Shown here one piece after another: positions 1-11,579 of a DNA stretch of 36,169 nt. Numbering within the stretch: the stretch's first letter is position 1; each line of letters opens with the position of its first letter. The position numbers and the translations under genes were made by a program. The notes beneath the pieces are model-generated. The model was not told the DNA's origin, made no database searches, and was given only the letters and a program-made list of their open reading frames with translations. The stretch is from the NCBI GenBank assembly GCA_000934665.2, contig JYFJ02003944.1, positions 1-36,169 of the forward strand, written 5' to 3'. Source of the DNA: Catajapyx aquilonaris (Eukaryota).

Positions 1-3000
1 CCCCCCCCCCCCCCCATAATATTGCTGAATGGATAAAGTGAAAGCTATGGTAACTACTATACCTAGGAGACGAGGGTGGATAATTGCAGCTACCCTGATC
101 CTAGTGCAATTATTAGCTCGAGTGTAACTTTATTATTGGCAGTAGTTTTCTTTCTCATAAAGTTTTATGTGCTTTTTCCCCCTGCATGTCCCTTCAACGG
201 TCTTCTTCTTTTTTCCCCCCCTTTCCAAGTTCCAAAGAGATTTATTTCCAAACCCCTCCCTAGGGGCAGACTGGGTCAAGTCCAGAAAAATAGTCTGAAT
301 AGTTTTCCAAGAGGAGGGAGGGACGAAAAAAAGAGAGAAAAGAGCGTCTNCCCCTCTTCCTTTTTCTCCTCCCCACCCCAACTTTCTTTGCACCTGGTCC
401 TTTTCCCCCCCCTGCCATTAACCAAAAAGAAAGAAAGAAAGAAAAAGGTGGTGCCACCTGGGCATGGCATCATGAAGCCAGACATACCCTGGGGCGCTCA
501 AGACTCCCCAAGAAAATGCTTAGAAAAAGTTCCCAACAATATCAAGACAAAATAAACCCAATATGAACAATCAGCACCTTTTTTGGGGGGGTAAATACAG
601 AAAAAAATCAAATAAAGTCCACACTTATTTTTTCCATTACCTGAAATACGACAACATAATGTAACCGCAGTATCACTTTTATTGTCCACTGCAATTATTA
701 CAGATACAGATGCCTTTCATGGGCATCATCAATATATAATGAAGCAATAAACAAATGAGGCGATTTCCTTATCTTCACTTTAGACCTTGGGGAGGGTTTC
801 ACCATCATTGCTACAGCAATAAGATACTGCTGTACAACAGGGGAAGGGCTGGAACAGTTTGAAACCTGAGGTGTTATGTCTGGGGCAAGAAGGTCAGGTC
901 AACATTTTTAACCGTCTTGCTCACTTCCTTGTGGGGCTTGGCCAGCCCTGGAAATAACCAGTCTAGACTGGTCATGCAATAGTAATTTCCTTAATAATAT
1001 CAAAGAACCAAGTACGCAACATATAAGCACCAGATTTTAAAATGTAGGCCCCCTGCTTAAAAAAAAAATTAAGCACAATTCTTCCAAATGGTTCGGTATG
1101 ACCTACACGAGAATTATTGACTTTTCTTGTACCGCCATCTCTCAGGAGCTAATTGCCTAAAAGCGTACATGCAAAATTTTGCAAAAAAATAATAATAACA
1201 ATCCGAGTTCCTAGGAGCTAGGTTCACAAAAAAAAAAATTGTTGCAGATAAGTCTTTGTTCAGGTTTAAACAGATATTGGTTTTTTTAAAAAAATTGCTA
1301 TCCTTAATTTGCGAACACAGTCCTCAGCACTCACAATAGTCTCATAGTCACAACTAGACCGAATAATTAGCAAACAATTTTGGATCGCATTTTACACAAA
1401 TGGAAGTTCACGTAAAATTTACAGTACGGTTTAGTTAGCAGCTAGGCCAATCACATTGTACGAAAGTCCAATAAATCACGACTGCGATGCGATGCGTAAA
1501 TGATATTCGTAAAAATAAGGGGTCATTTACATGTTAATGAAGAAACTGACGCCATTCTGGACCAGGTCCAGATTCAATGCTAGTCAATTTTAAAAAAAAA
1601 ACCTGCAGTACCAACATGATTTATAAAATTATGTGATCCGCAATCTGCGTTTGCATTTCACATAATTTTAATAAATCATGTCGGTACTGCAGTTTTTTTT
1701 TTGTGCCAACAGAATTAATAAATGGTTCGGAGTAAACCAATATGCAACTGCAAACTTTGCCATGCAAGTAAATAACCCCTGTGTACAGTTCATTACATGT
1801 ACAGTGGTCTAGTTGTTTAAAAAAATCGCACCACCACCGGTATTCACACAATTTTTCAAAGTTAGAAAAAGTGAAAAAGTGGCTGCGCAGCGGGGGAGAA
1901 ATTGAAGGAAAAGCTGCAATATTTTTCACCCAAACAATTTCTACGTAATTGTTAAAAACAGAAAATTTACTTTCGATCACCTATATTTTCCATGAAAGCT
2001 CGTTATACTCATTGTAAAGTATCATCAATGCAACTAGAATTACTGATCATTGTTGCCCATTACTACAATGTCACCACCTCTATGAACTGTTCAAAGAGCT
2101 TGGGATAATTATGATGCCATGTAAAAAAAAAAAAAGTGACGCCACATCTGCAACAATCAGTACTAACAGCAATTAAACCACAGCAAATATCAGAACTAAA
2201 AGAAAATGAAAGGAATGCAAGATGAAACAATGGGAAAGAAAGAAAGAAAGAAAAAAACCTTTTTCTTTTTCTGATCGGAAATGGCGGGAAGCTCAACGAC
2301 CCCCAAATGGTATATTCCTCCATCTTGGATGGCCTCTGTCTCTCTCTCTCTCTTTGGTGGTCGTTTTGTTGGTTATTCGAAGAAGCCATCGTTGGATGAG
2401 TGTGGGTCTAGTCATGACCTGCAATGTTGTGTAAGCATGCCCTAGACTCACACCCACCCGACGACGACTTCCCAATGGACCACTGTTTGGTGGTGGTTGA
2501 TGGCGTCCGTCCGTTGTCCTTGGCTGTGTGGCTTTGGCTTGGGCTTCTTCTTCTTCTTCTTCTTCTTGTCCCCCCCCTCCTCTTCAACAAGAAGAAAAAG
2601 GTTGCGCGCGCGCGAATGGGGAGGGCTGTTGAGGGCAAAAAAGGGCGGGAAAGAGAAGGGGAGGGCATCAGCTCAACAGTGGTGGTGGTGGTGGTTGAGA
2701 GGATCTCTCTCTGTGTGGGGATGGGGGAGCATAGCCATGGGGAGGAGGAGGAGGGCAAGAGCCAACAGACAAGGCGATGACCCTCCCAAAGGCACCCCCC
2801 TCCTCCTCTTCTCCCCAGTCCCCCCCACCCAACTCTCCCAACCATTTCAAGGACAATTCTCTAGGGTTCATGCCACAGGCCAGCCAACCCCTGCCAACAT
2901 ACATGGGAATGCTCTCTGTCTGTCTCTCATCCTCCTCCTCCACCACCCACCCACCCACCACCAGAAAATAAAAGACAATGAAACAGGATGGCCGGAAATG

Positions 3001-3890
3001 TTGGAATGCAATCAATGGTAACAACACTCGCAGAACCTGGGAGGGAATGTTAATCACCTGCAAAGTCATTACGGTCCAACCATCACCCAATAAAATAAAT
3101 GGATAAGACAGATAAATAAGCAAAAGATTGTCCATGGCAGTGGGGTTACTAGTGCCATGGCAACAGGTCGCCATGGCATTTTTAAAAAATGTATTACTAC
3201 CATCAGCTACCATGGCGGAAACAAGGCCGTATGAATAACTGGTACCGCTGCTGTAGTACGTAAATAAATAAATCTTACACAAGAACAAGTTTGTTTGTCC
3301 ATGGCAGTGGGGTTACTAATGCCATGGCAACAGGTCGCCATGGGATTTTAAAAAAACTATGTGCTACCATGGAAACAAGCGCCGTGTGAATAACTGGTGC
3401 CGCTGCTAGTACGTAAATAAATAAATCTTACAATACATAAGAACAAGTTTGCTTGTCCATGGCAGTGGGGTTACTAATGCCATGGCAACAGGTCGCCATG
3501 GCATTTTAAAAAACAATGTATTACTACCATGGAAACAAGGCCGTGTGAATAACTGGTACCGCTGCTAGTACGTAAATAAATAAATCTTACATAAGAACAA
3601 GTTTGTCCATGCCAGTGACGTTCCTGGTGCCATGCCAACAGGTTGCCATGGCATTTTTTAAAAACAATGTTGTGGATTACTACCATGGAAACCGGGGCCA
3701 TATGTAAAGAACTGGTACAGCTGCTAGTATGTAAATAAATAAATCTTACACAAGAACAAGTTTGTTTGTCCATGCCAGTGACGTTCCTGGTGCCATGCCA
3801 ACAGGTTGCCATGGCATTTAAAAAAAAACAATGTTGTGGATTACTACCATGGAAACCGGGCCATATGTAAAGAACTGGTACAGCTGCTAA

Positions 3891-4046
3891 CTTGCATGTG
3901 AGGGATTTGAGCGATATCATCGCCGGGCGATGAATCCAATTGTTTGGGGGGGGGGGGCGAAAGCCGATTGTTACCATGATTTGTTGCTTTCGCCCCAAAC
4001 GATTGGATTCATCGCTCGGCCAAATCGGTCACATGTAAGCGCACCA
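3891..4046. mobile_element. Palindromic MITE (GGTGC..TTACATGTGA..GATTTG TIR family), left end clipped
   Basis: cttgcatgtgagggatttg ... caaatcggtcacatgtaagcgcacc, with inner arms gcgatgaatccaattgtttgggg / ccccaaacgattggattcatcgc; followed by TTA; ends resemble those of 10715-11216. Confidence 0.75.
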
Positions 4047-4049
4047 TTA

Positions 4050-4337
4050 GGGCCAGTTTCGCCGAGCTCGGTATGACTTTTAGAACCTCGGTTATAACCA
4101 GAATATTGTGGCGCAGCAACCATTGTTGTCAACAATGAAAAACTGAGGATGTTTTTTTTTTTTTCGAAATGAAACTTGGATTTAGGGCCTGTTTCGCAAA
4201 CCTCACTATATTACATATCAGAGTTTCTTCTCAAAAAAAATCCTCAGTTTTCATTGTTGACAACAATGGTTGCTATGCCACAATTCTGGTTATAACCGAG
4301 GTTCTAAGTCATACCGAGCTCTCGGTGAAACTGGACC
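4050..4337. mobile_element. PIF/Harbinger-like (Tourist-type) MITE with ~100-bp inverted arms and TTA target-site duplication
   Basis: tta|gggccagtttcgccgag...aactgaggat pairs with atcctcagtt...ctcggtgaaactggacc|tta; TTA at 4047-4049 and 4338-4340. Confidence 0.88.
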
Positions 4338-6688
4338 TTAGTAAATAAATAAATAAACAAGCAAACAAACTAGCAAATCTTAAATAAGGAAAAGTTTGTA
4401 TGTCCGTGGCAGTGGGGGGGTTACCGGTACCATGGCAACAGGTTGCCACGGCATTTAAAAAAACCCATGGTTGTTGTTTACATAGCCATGGAAACAGGTC
4501 ACGTGGAGATTGGGCTCCCCTGCCAGTAAATAAGTAGATAAATACAGTCTATAAATTTAATGAACATATAAAAACATCTCCGTGTACGGCAGAGTACGTC
4601 TCATTTCACGGATTAGCATGGCAACGGCTAAACCAAGCAGATTGGCAGTTCAAAGAACAGGTTCAGCAGCTAGTAAATGCATAAATAAATAATACATTCA
4701 CCACATTTGCCCTGTAATGGAGAGCGACGGAGGAAGTAGTATTGGCGTTGCTTCGGTGAGCAACCATGATCAATGAAATGCACGCTTCTCGATAACAGCT
4801 TTACTCTCACTGGGCTGACAGACTGTACATCAAGCGTAGAGAATAAATTTCTCTGCCTCGCGTAAATAAATACATGTGTTACATTTTTTACAATAGAAGA
4901 TTTTTTTTTTTTTGTCATGGAAAGCGTAGTTACACTGTGGACACTTAAGGTCCACCGTGCGGTGTAGCGGGATTGCCTATGAAGCATTCACTCGCCGTAA
5001 ACCTAAAATGTCCGCGAGAGTAGGAATAGTGCACCATAAAATAGTGCACTTGTCAATGGAATGTGTAGGTTTAAGCCATGCTCACATGGTTTCTGTCTGC
5101 CGAGTTTAGCGATTGTAAGAGACCCACAATAGCACACCTTGGCAAATAAAGCATTGCACTATTTCAGCTTATCCGAGGTAATGCACTTTTCAGGATCAGC
5201 ACCAATAATAATATTGGCTACTATTATTGCAGCATGCCTCATTCCAAGCTTACAACAGTGATGCAACTAATTACAAAGGCCGCATGAAGATAGCGCTACA
5301 TACATGGAGGTAAGTCAGTTTTACAGTGACAATTAGCAGTGAAATTAGGTGGCATCCTAAGTGAGATCTTCACGTGCTTATTTTCATCCGAGAACAGGGA
5401 CGCACATCTTTCATAATGGAAAAGCGAACAGCAAGTTGCAGAAAAATATATTGGCGCAGCTCTTCGATCAGGCCACGCCAAAACACGAAACCCTGCATTT
5501 CAGGAATTGTTATAACCCAATGAATTTCAAGTGAAATATAACCACTTATCACCATGCTGCAGATCACCCTCTATGCATATTCTCACAATCTTTGTGCATC
5601 ACTGAAAGCAAGAATTAAGATCTGCTAAGGTTGGACCCTCGTTCTCAGTTTGGAAATGGCAAACACACTATCCCTTTCCCTTTTTTTTAAATTACGCAAA
5701 AGCCAAGGTGTGGTCTCACAAGTTTCGTTGTGCAATCATACTGTACGTAGGTCTCACCACGAGAGAAATTGGGTGAGCACTTGCCTGCCTAGACCTTATC
5801 ATGAGTTGATATGCAAGGCAATCCAATGGTTGCATACAGTGACCAGTAGCAAAGGTACATTGCAGGGAGGACTACCAAGTTCGTTGTTTCATGAAGCTAC
5901 TTGTACATATTCAATAAAATATGATATTATAACCTCATAAAGGCTCACTCACATACATGACCAAACAAAACAAAATCCGCAACTGCAATGTGCGATTAGG
6001 CCTAGTCTTTATTGTCCGGCTGTAGTCAAATTGTGCCAGGCAAGTAACACTCCGTCACACATTGCCGTAATGGATTTTTTTCGGGATCTAAAGTCAGCGA
6101 ATTGCTCACTAGTGCGAGTTTGTTTTTGTTTGACCTTTAATTTCCATAGGTAAGCTTAGGTGGCAAGGATAATTCGTATTTTCATGTACACTACACAATT
6201 ACTTTAATCATCTCCAATCGCTTGGACAAAAAAAATACCTTCTCTCAATTGAAACAAATTATAACAATGAGGTTCAATTTTCCTGAATGAAGTTCAAATA
6301 ATACTTGTTTGAGTAAATCAACCCTGGCCATTTATGTGTTTGAATCATCATATTTGTTAGAAAAACAGAGTTTCATAAGAAATAATTTAAGTGGCCTGAA
6401 TAAAGGCAACAGCACAAACATAAATTAACAGCTGCAGCTCTCAGTGTCTGAACTGGCAAATGACATCAACAGAAATCAACTTCAGGTAATCTGAGCATCA
6501 ATAAGCAAAAAAAAAAATGGGAGTGAAATGAACGAGCTAATTTCAGTGAGATTTAAACTCCACTTCCTAAAAGCAGTCGTATCAGCGGAAAACCCCACAG
6601 CATAAAATGGCATTTCGGTTAACACCACATGTGCTTGGGTCCTCTCTAAGTAGCTTTATGAACCAAAGAAAATGGCCATCCCACTTCC

Positions 6689-8774
6689 TCAGTAGCCATC
6701 AGTGACTCTAGCGTCTTCATCAGTCACTGTGCTTGCGACCCCCACGGCCCCTTCGCTACTTGCCACTTCGATCCCCTCATCTCTTCCCTCCTCCTCTTCC
6801 TCCTCGACCTCCTCCAAGAGTGGTGGAGGAGGCAACACACCTGCTGCCACGGCCTCTCTCTCAAGCTCCACCAGCTGCCGCCTAAGCCGTCCCACCCTCC
6901 TCCGCAGCTCCTGGTCCTTCTCTTTGGCTCTTGAAATGCTCCTCCAGGCCTGCTTCTGTGGTGATGGATCGACAACCCAGCGTAAAAAGAAGCCAGTCCA
7001 GAGGCCCAGGCTCATTGGAGCCACGGAGGGCCAAAGAGGGCGACTGTTTGGCTCATACAGGGGGTTCAGATGGGCCTGGAGAACCTCAGGGCGGTTCAGG
7101 TACGACCATAGACTCACCTGGAAATATGTCAACAATATGTTATGTCATCGGCTGACATGAACAAAAAAGGAGCATGTATAGCCTGTTAAACGGGTAATTT
7201 TAAAAAAAACATTCCTTACTGTTTGCTTAGGCAGTTTGAGCTTGACTAGTCTCTTCTCCTCAGAGTCACCGAGGAAAGTCCCGAACTGGGAACAGTAGGA
7301 ATGCGCAACCAGCAAAAGCAGGAAGGACTCCCCGAACTCGAAGCTGCAGGGGAACTGTTGTGAGATCTGCCACACGCAATCTAGGAACAACAGGAAGGTC
7401 GGTGCGTTGTGTCTGGTCCTGAATGAGGTCGACGAGAAGCAGGAGTGCTGCTGCCGGCTCCAAAACGGGTGGCCTGCCTGCAGCCACTCGCGCTCTATCA
7501 ACGCTTCAAATCCTCTCACAGTGCGGCAGTCTGGATTTAGTATCACCTGCGCAATAAGGTCAAATTTTAGCAGTGTGGATAGAAAGTACAGGGCATATTA
7601 TCATTGACACAGTTTCCCACATTGCGATTAATTTTTGTGTCCACAATCGGCATTACGAAAGTGCTGACCTGTGCCAGAGAGGTGACCTGCAGTGTTGCAT
7701 CTACTCCTTCTGACCCGTGGACTAGGACAGAGGCTCCTTCTTGGTCCAAGCACTGGGCTACTAAACAGGCACAATTCAGGGTTTCTTTAACATGCGTCAG
7801 CCAGTTTGAACTCTCCAGTCGTGACAGCCATTTGTCGACTGATGCTGTAGTGTCCTGGCAGGCATCCACCAGCTTGGTCAGCGAGTCCAGAGTCGCATGG
7901 TGGACTGGCTTGTGCAGGCGCCTCCATTGAGGATAGTGCTGCTCTAGTTCATATCCTCCACCTGGAAAACAATGACCTATTATTGTAGGAAAGCACCTTT
8001 AGCAATTTTAAGCAAAGCATGTTAACCTTTTGACCTGGCTCCTTGTGCGGCTGCTTGTGTCCGTGTGTCCACAATGTAGCCTCTCTTCCCTGGTCCTAGC
8101 ACAGAGTTCACCAGCCTCTCGTCTTCCCTGCATCTCCTCCCTGCTGGTCCTACCAATGGCTGGCCTGCCCTTAGCATAATACCTCCACCTTCATGCCTGT
8201 AGCTGAGAACTGGAAAGCGTCCGCCTTGTCTAAAGGAAGAAGCTGCTGCCAGCTCTTCATCGTCTATTGCCTTCGGGACAACCATAGCCGCCGGGTAGGT
8301 TGGACACAGCTGATAGTCCCGGTTGGCATGTGACACCCGCCAATCATCCGTCGCCATCACAAGTGACGCAAACTCCGATTGCGGCTGGAATGCCGTCCAG
8401 CCATCTTCAAGTACCGTGTACATTGGGCGGTAGAAAAAAGGGTACTGCAGCGATGGATCATCAATGCTGCTAAGGCTCTCCAGTGACTGGGACACATTCG
8501 CAAGCTCATCCCCATTGGCAACGTCGATCTGTACAACCAACAAGTCTTTGCAGCGCAGTATAAGGCTCCCACCGTCACTTCCACCCCACGGACGCCTCTC
8601 AACGCTATCAATGTTGCGGTGAAGAAGCCACAGCTCCTCCTGCGAGTCCTTACGTGACGAGAGAATCAAGTGATGACTAGTAATGCAGAGGGTGACTTCC
8701 GTCGGGTCGTGGAAAGGCTGCTTCAGAATCACCCGGTTCAGTTTGGGCGTCTTAATCAAGTGTGAAAACTCCAT
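6689..8774 (-). CDS. MTMR9: Myotubularin-related protein 9 (catalytically inactive myotubularin), 4 coding exons, ~598 aa
   Basis: Exons 8774-8027, 7961-7669, 7546-7220, 7117-6689; all introns GT-AG with consistent phases (1,0,0). N-terminal PH-GRAM-like MEFSHLIKTPK...LCITSHHLILSS; myotubularin motifs CPTYP, FRQGGRFPVLSY, LIEREWLQAGHPF, FLLFLDCVWQI..QFPCSFEF; the CX5R active site is replaced by VLVHGSEGVDAT, as in MTMR9; C-terminal coiled coil. A splice acceptor at 8783 implies an upstream non-coding exon. Confidence 0.93.
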
Positions 8775-9004
8775 GATTCAGACTGAAAGAATAAAACTTG
8801 AATAGAACACCATTTCGAACAAAACCAATGTGTCAAAAAAAATGTATTTCCAGCCAACCTGTGTTCCAGCTGATCTTTTCCAGGCTCTCCAGCTGATCTA
8901 TATTTTCCAGGCTTTGGTCCAGTCGAATTGACTCCAGCTCTGCCGAAGAAGAAAAAAAAAAGTCAGCCTTTCCAGTAGAATGAACAGTGTTCGTCATACA
9001 CAGT

Positions 9005-9017
9005 CGGCGCCATCTTG
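9005..9017 (-). promoter_or_regulatory. YY1-like CAAGATGGCG motif, probably near the MTMR9 transcription start
   Basis: The minus strand reads caagatggcgccg ~230 bp upstream of the MTMR9 ATG exon; a similar aaagatggcggc overlaps the proposed TRMT44 start. Confidence 0.4.
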
Positions 9018-9712
9018 CTCCCACCCCTAATCAGCTCCAATCAGGCACCTTTCTATCCATAAATAATTAGCAAAAAATTTTGATAATTAATATTGAATTT
9101 TAAATAAATTTCAAGCACGTTCCTAATTAACATGGAATATTCGCTAGTGCACTAAGCTGCTAGTGTACTAAGCTGCTTATTTGCAATAAGCTACATCTTG
9201 ATCTACCAATCCGGTTGAAGTATGACCGGTCGTAAATTTTATGGTAAATCAGTTAACGACATATTTTATGTTAAATCAGTTAACGACATGCCCATATTTA
9301 AACCAAAAAAAGGTTATGCTAAAATTCGAACTTAAATTTGACAATTAAATTCGAACTGCTATTAGTAGCTGCTACTAGCACAGTTTACATATGCAAACCC
9401 AAGTTTTCTAGCCAATCGCAGCACAGCACGCATGCGCACTTGTTGATTGTCACATGTAAACTGCTTCAACGCCATCTGTCCGCACAACTTCCAACTAAAC
9501 GTGGTTATGACCTTCCTCAAAAAAAAACCCGACCAAAAAAAAACGACCCGGCATTGCTCATACACCTGACCCGGACAAGAGACGTAAGTACCATTTACAC
9601 AATACGGAGGTGCCCTTTTTTAATTAAGGGTGTGTGCAGGTGTGTATGGCTACCAAAAAATGCGAGGGGGGGTTGGCTCATTACAGAATCAGGGGGGCCA
9701 ACTGTGTTCGAA

Positions 9713-9763
9713 AAATCGATTTAATATGTTCTATATCGATATTTTTACGGCACAGTATCGATA
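9713..9763. promoter_or_regulatory. Cluster of DRE motifs (TATCGATA x2 plus one variant) in the divergent MTMR9/ZMYND8 intergenic region
   Basis: TATCGATA at 9734-9741 and 9756-9763, aaatcgattt at 9713-9722. DRE is an established housekeeping core-promoter motif in Drosophila; function here is inferred. Confidence 0.55.
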
Positions 9764-10440
9764 TTTATCCTAGAAGTGTTCCTTTTTTTTTCTTTTTTTT
9801 TTAACTGTTCCATGTTCCCTTCTCTCCCGTTTCGAGGTCCTTTTTTTCTCTCTCTCTAGCTCTCCCTTCCTCCCGGCAAGCCTCCCCTCCCGTAGCCTCC
9901 CCTTTTTTTCCCGACCTGCTTCCCCCCTCAGGCCCTCGTGCGCACATTCACCCCAACCACTGGTTAAGTGGGACGCTGAAGAAAGGAACAGAGAGGGAGG
10001 GAAGGAAGGGAGGGGTTGAACTGCAGTAAGTGGAAAAGGAACGAAGGCTTTTTGGTGGTGGCTGGTGGTGGGGGGACCAACAAGATAGATATTCAGAGAG
10101 TGGAAGGAAAAGGGGGGGGAAAGGTAACCGGGCCGTAGGGTAGGAGAGAGAGAAGAAGAAGAAGAAAAAAAAGAACAAGGAGAGAGGATTTTCCCTCAAG
10201 GACTTGGGCCGGGTGATGCACCGATGCAGCTTAGCTTTTGTCTGGACGGAAGGAATCGACTGACAGGTAACTATGGCCCAGATGCTGTTGTGCCGGGGGG
10301 GGGGGGGTATTAACAAGGCCGGTTTGTTGCAGGTGCAGTCATCGACAATTAGAACGTAGCGAGTCGCTGTTCTGTACACACACGGCATTTCCGCAGCGAA
10401 CAGTAGCGCGTTGACAGAAAAACACAAAATGCATGATCTA

Positions 10441-10592
10441 GGCCGGGTTGCACCGGCAAATATGTCTGGCCAAAGAAGAGCCCGGTTAGTTTGTTATTCA
10501 TTGTTGTCAACATTTCTGTCAACAATGAACAACAAACTAACCTGGCTCTTCTTCGGCCAGACAAATTTTCCTGGAGCCGGTGCAACCCGGCC
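10441..10592. mobile_element. PIF/Harbinger-like palindromic MITE, 3-bp direct repeat CTA
   Basis: cta|ggccgggttgcaccggc ... gccggtgcaacccggcc|cta (perfect 17-bp TIR) plus long imperfect internal arms. Confidence 0.85.
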
Positions 10593-10714
10593 CTAGTCCT
10601 TTAATTAATCGGGAATGCACAGAGTGTAGTGTGATCATTGATTTTTGTAGTGTTTGGGCCTATAATAATTGAATGTTTGGGTGGTGCTGACCTCCTGCCA
10701 TGAACGAACATTTA

Positions 10715-11216
10715 AGAGGCATTTATATGTGAGCGATTTGACAAGCGACGTCATTACCAAGTGAAGTCGTCGCCTAGCAAAGTCGTCGCCTAGCGAAGTC
10801 GTCGCCGAGCGAAGTAACCAATATTGTTTGAGGTGAAAGTAACAATTGATTTGCGCCTCCAACAATACCGGTTGCTCGGAATACTAGGGGTTGTTATTGC
10901 TCGGCGACAAGGAGTTAGCAACTCCCCCAAAAAAGAGTGACACCAGATCCTGGAACCAGGAGGTTACGTCCGGTTCCAAGCCGGTTCCTTGGCCAGTTTG
11001 TACACCGGTTCCAGGGAGTTGCTAACCCCTTGCTCAGCGATGACTACGCTCACATGTAAACACAGCTTTACATGTGAGCGATTTGGTGAGCGAAGCGGAG
11101 CAAAATCTTTGCCTAGGCTAAGTAACCCAAGTAACCAATTGCGGCGAAAGTCGGTTGTTAATTTCAGCCTCGGCGGAAGATTTCGCTCGTCAAATCGCTC
11201 GCATGTAAATGCACCT
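10715..11216. mobile_element. MITE/compound non-autonomous DNA element with ~33-bp TIRs
   Basis: gcatttatatgtgagcgatttgacaagcga pairs with tcgctcgtcaaatcgctcgcatgtaaatgc; flanks tta/gta; internal head-to-head TIR copies at ~11047-11090 and three 16-bp repeats aagtcgtcgcctagc at ~10764-10812. Confidence 0.7.
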
Positions 11217-11271
11217 GTAGGTTTGTACTGCTGCAGGAAAGCTTTAGTGGGACACATGTGTTCATTCAACA

Positions 11272-11392
11272 AGTACTTTGCTCAACTCAGCCACTGCGGG
11301 AGCGAAACAAAAGCGTAACAATAAAATAACAATAGCTTATCGTTACTCTTTTGTTTCGCTGCGGCAGCGGCTGAGTTTAGCGACGTACTGTA
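11272..11392. repeat. Imperfect ~55-bp-arm palindrome, probable small MITE
   Basis: gtactttgctcaactcagccactgcgggagcgaaacaaaagcgtaac pairs with gttactcttttgtttcgctgcggcagcggctgagtttagcgacgtac; the right end reads ...gtactg-TA. Confidence 0.7.
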
Positions 11393-11482
11393 CAACACAC
11401 ATGTTTAGTGAACGTTGTTCTGTTAACCGTTACATAATAATGTGCCTAATTTACGCTAATTTATGGGTGTTCAGTAACTTTG

Positions 11483-11579
11483 GGTGGAATTTTCATCCCA
11501 CTGCTAACTTAGCAGTAGCAATGCAGTGCAGTAGTACTGCTAAGTTAGCAGTAACTAGCAGTGGGACGAAAATTCCACC
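11483..11579. repeat. Short palindromic MITE-like element
   Basis: ggtggaattttcatcccactgcta ... tagcagtgggacgaaaattccacc (24-bp TIR, 1 mismatch) with internal actgctaacttagcagt palindromes. Confidence 0.72.

Larger units (their letters stand above)
3110..4510. repeat. Minisatellite of ~150-166-bp units (5 contiguous units plus a diverged sixth after a MITE insertion)
   Basis: Anchor ttgtccatg recurs at 3129, 3295, 3453, 3603 and 3766; the array breaks at ~3890 and resumes ~4341-4510. Units 1-3 share ggcagtggggttact; units 4-5 share gccagtgacgttcct. Confidence 0.92.

Noticed and set aside
76..555. 159-aa ORF containing an N at position 350
   Set aside because: Homopolymer-rich low-complexity sequence, non-ATG start and no recognisable domain.
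3110..3890. Regularly spaced repeats as a CRISPR array
   Set aside because: Whole ~160-bp units are similar, with no unique spacers; the context is eukaryotic and there are no cas genes.
3474..3998. 174-aa minus-strand ORF with repeated MATCWHGT
   Set aside because: A by-product of the minisatellite and MITE; the frame is not maintained across units.
7700..7735. Missing catalytic Cys/Arg in the myotubularin as a sign of pseudogenisation
   Set aside because: Normal for MTMR9, which is an established pseudophosphatase; the frame and splice sites are intact.
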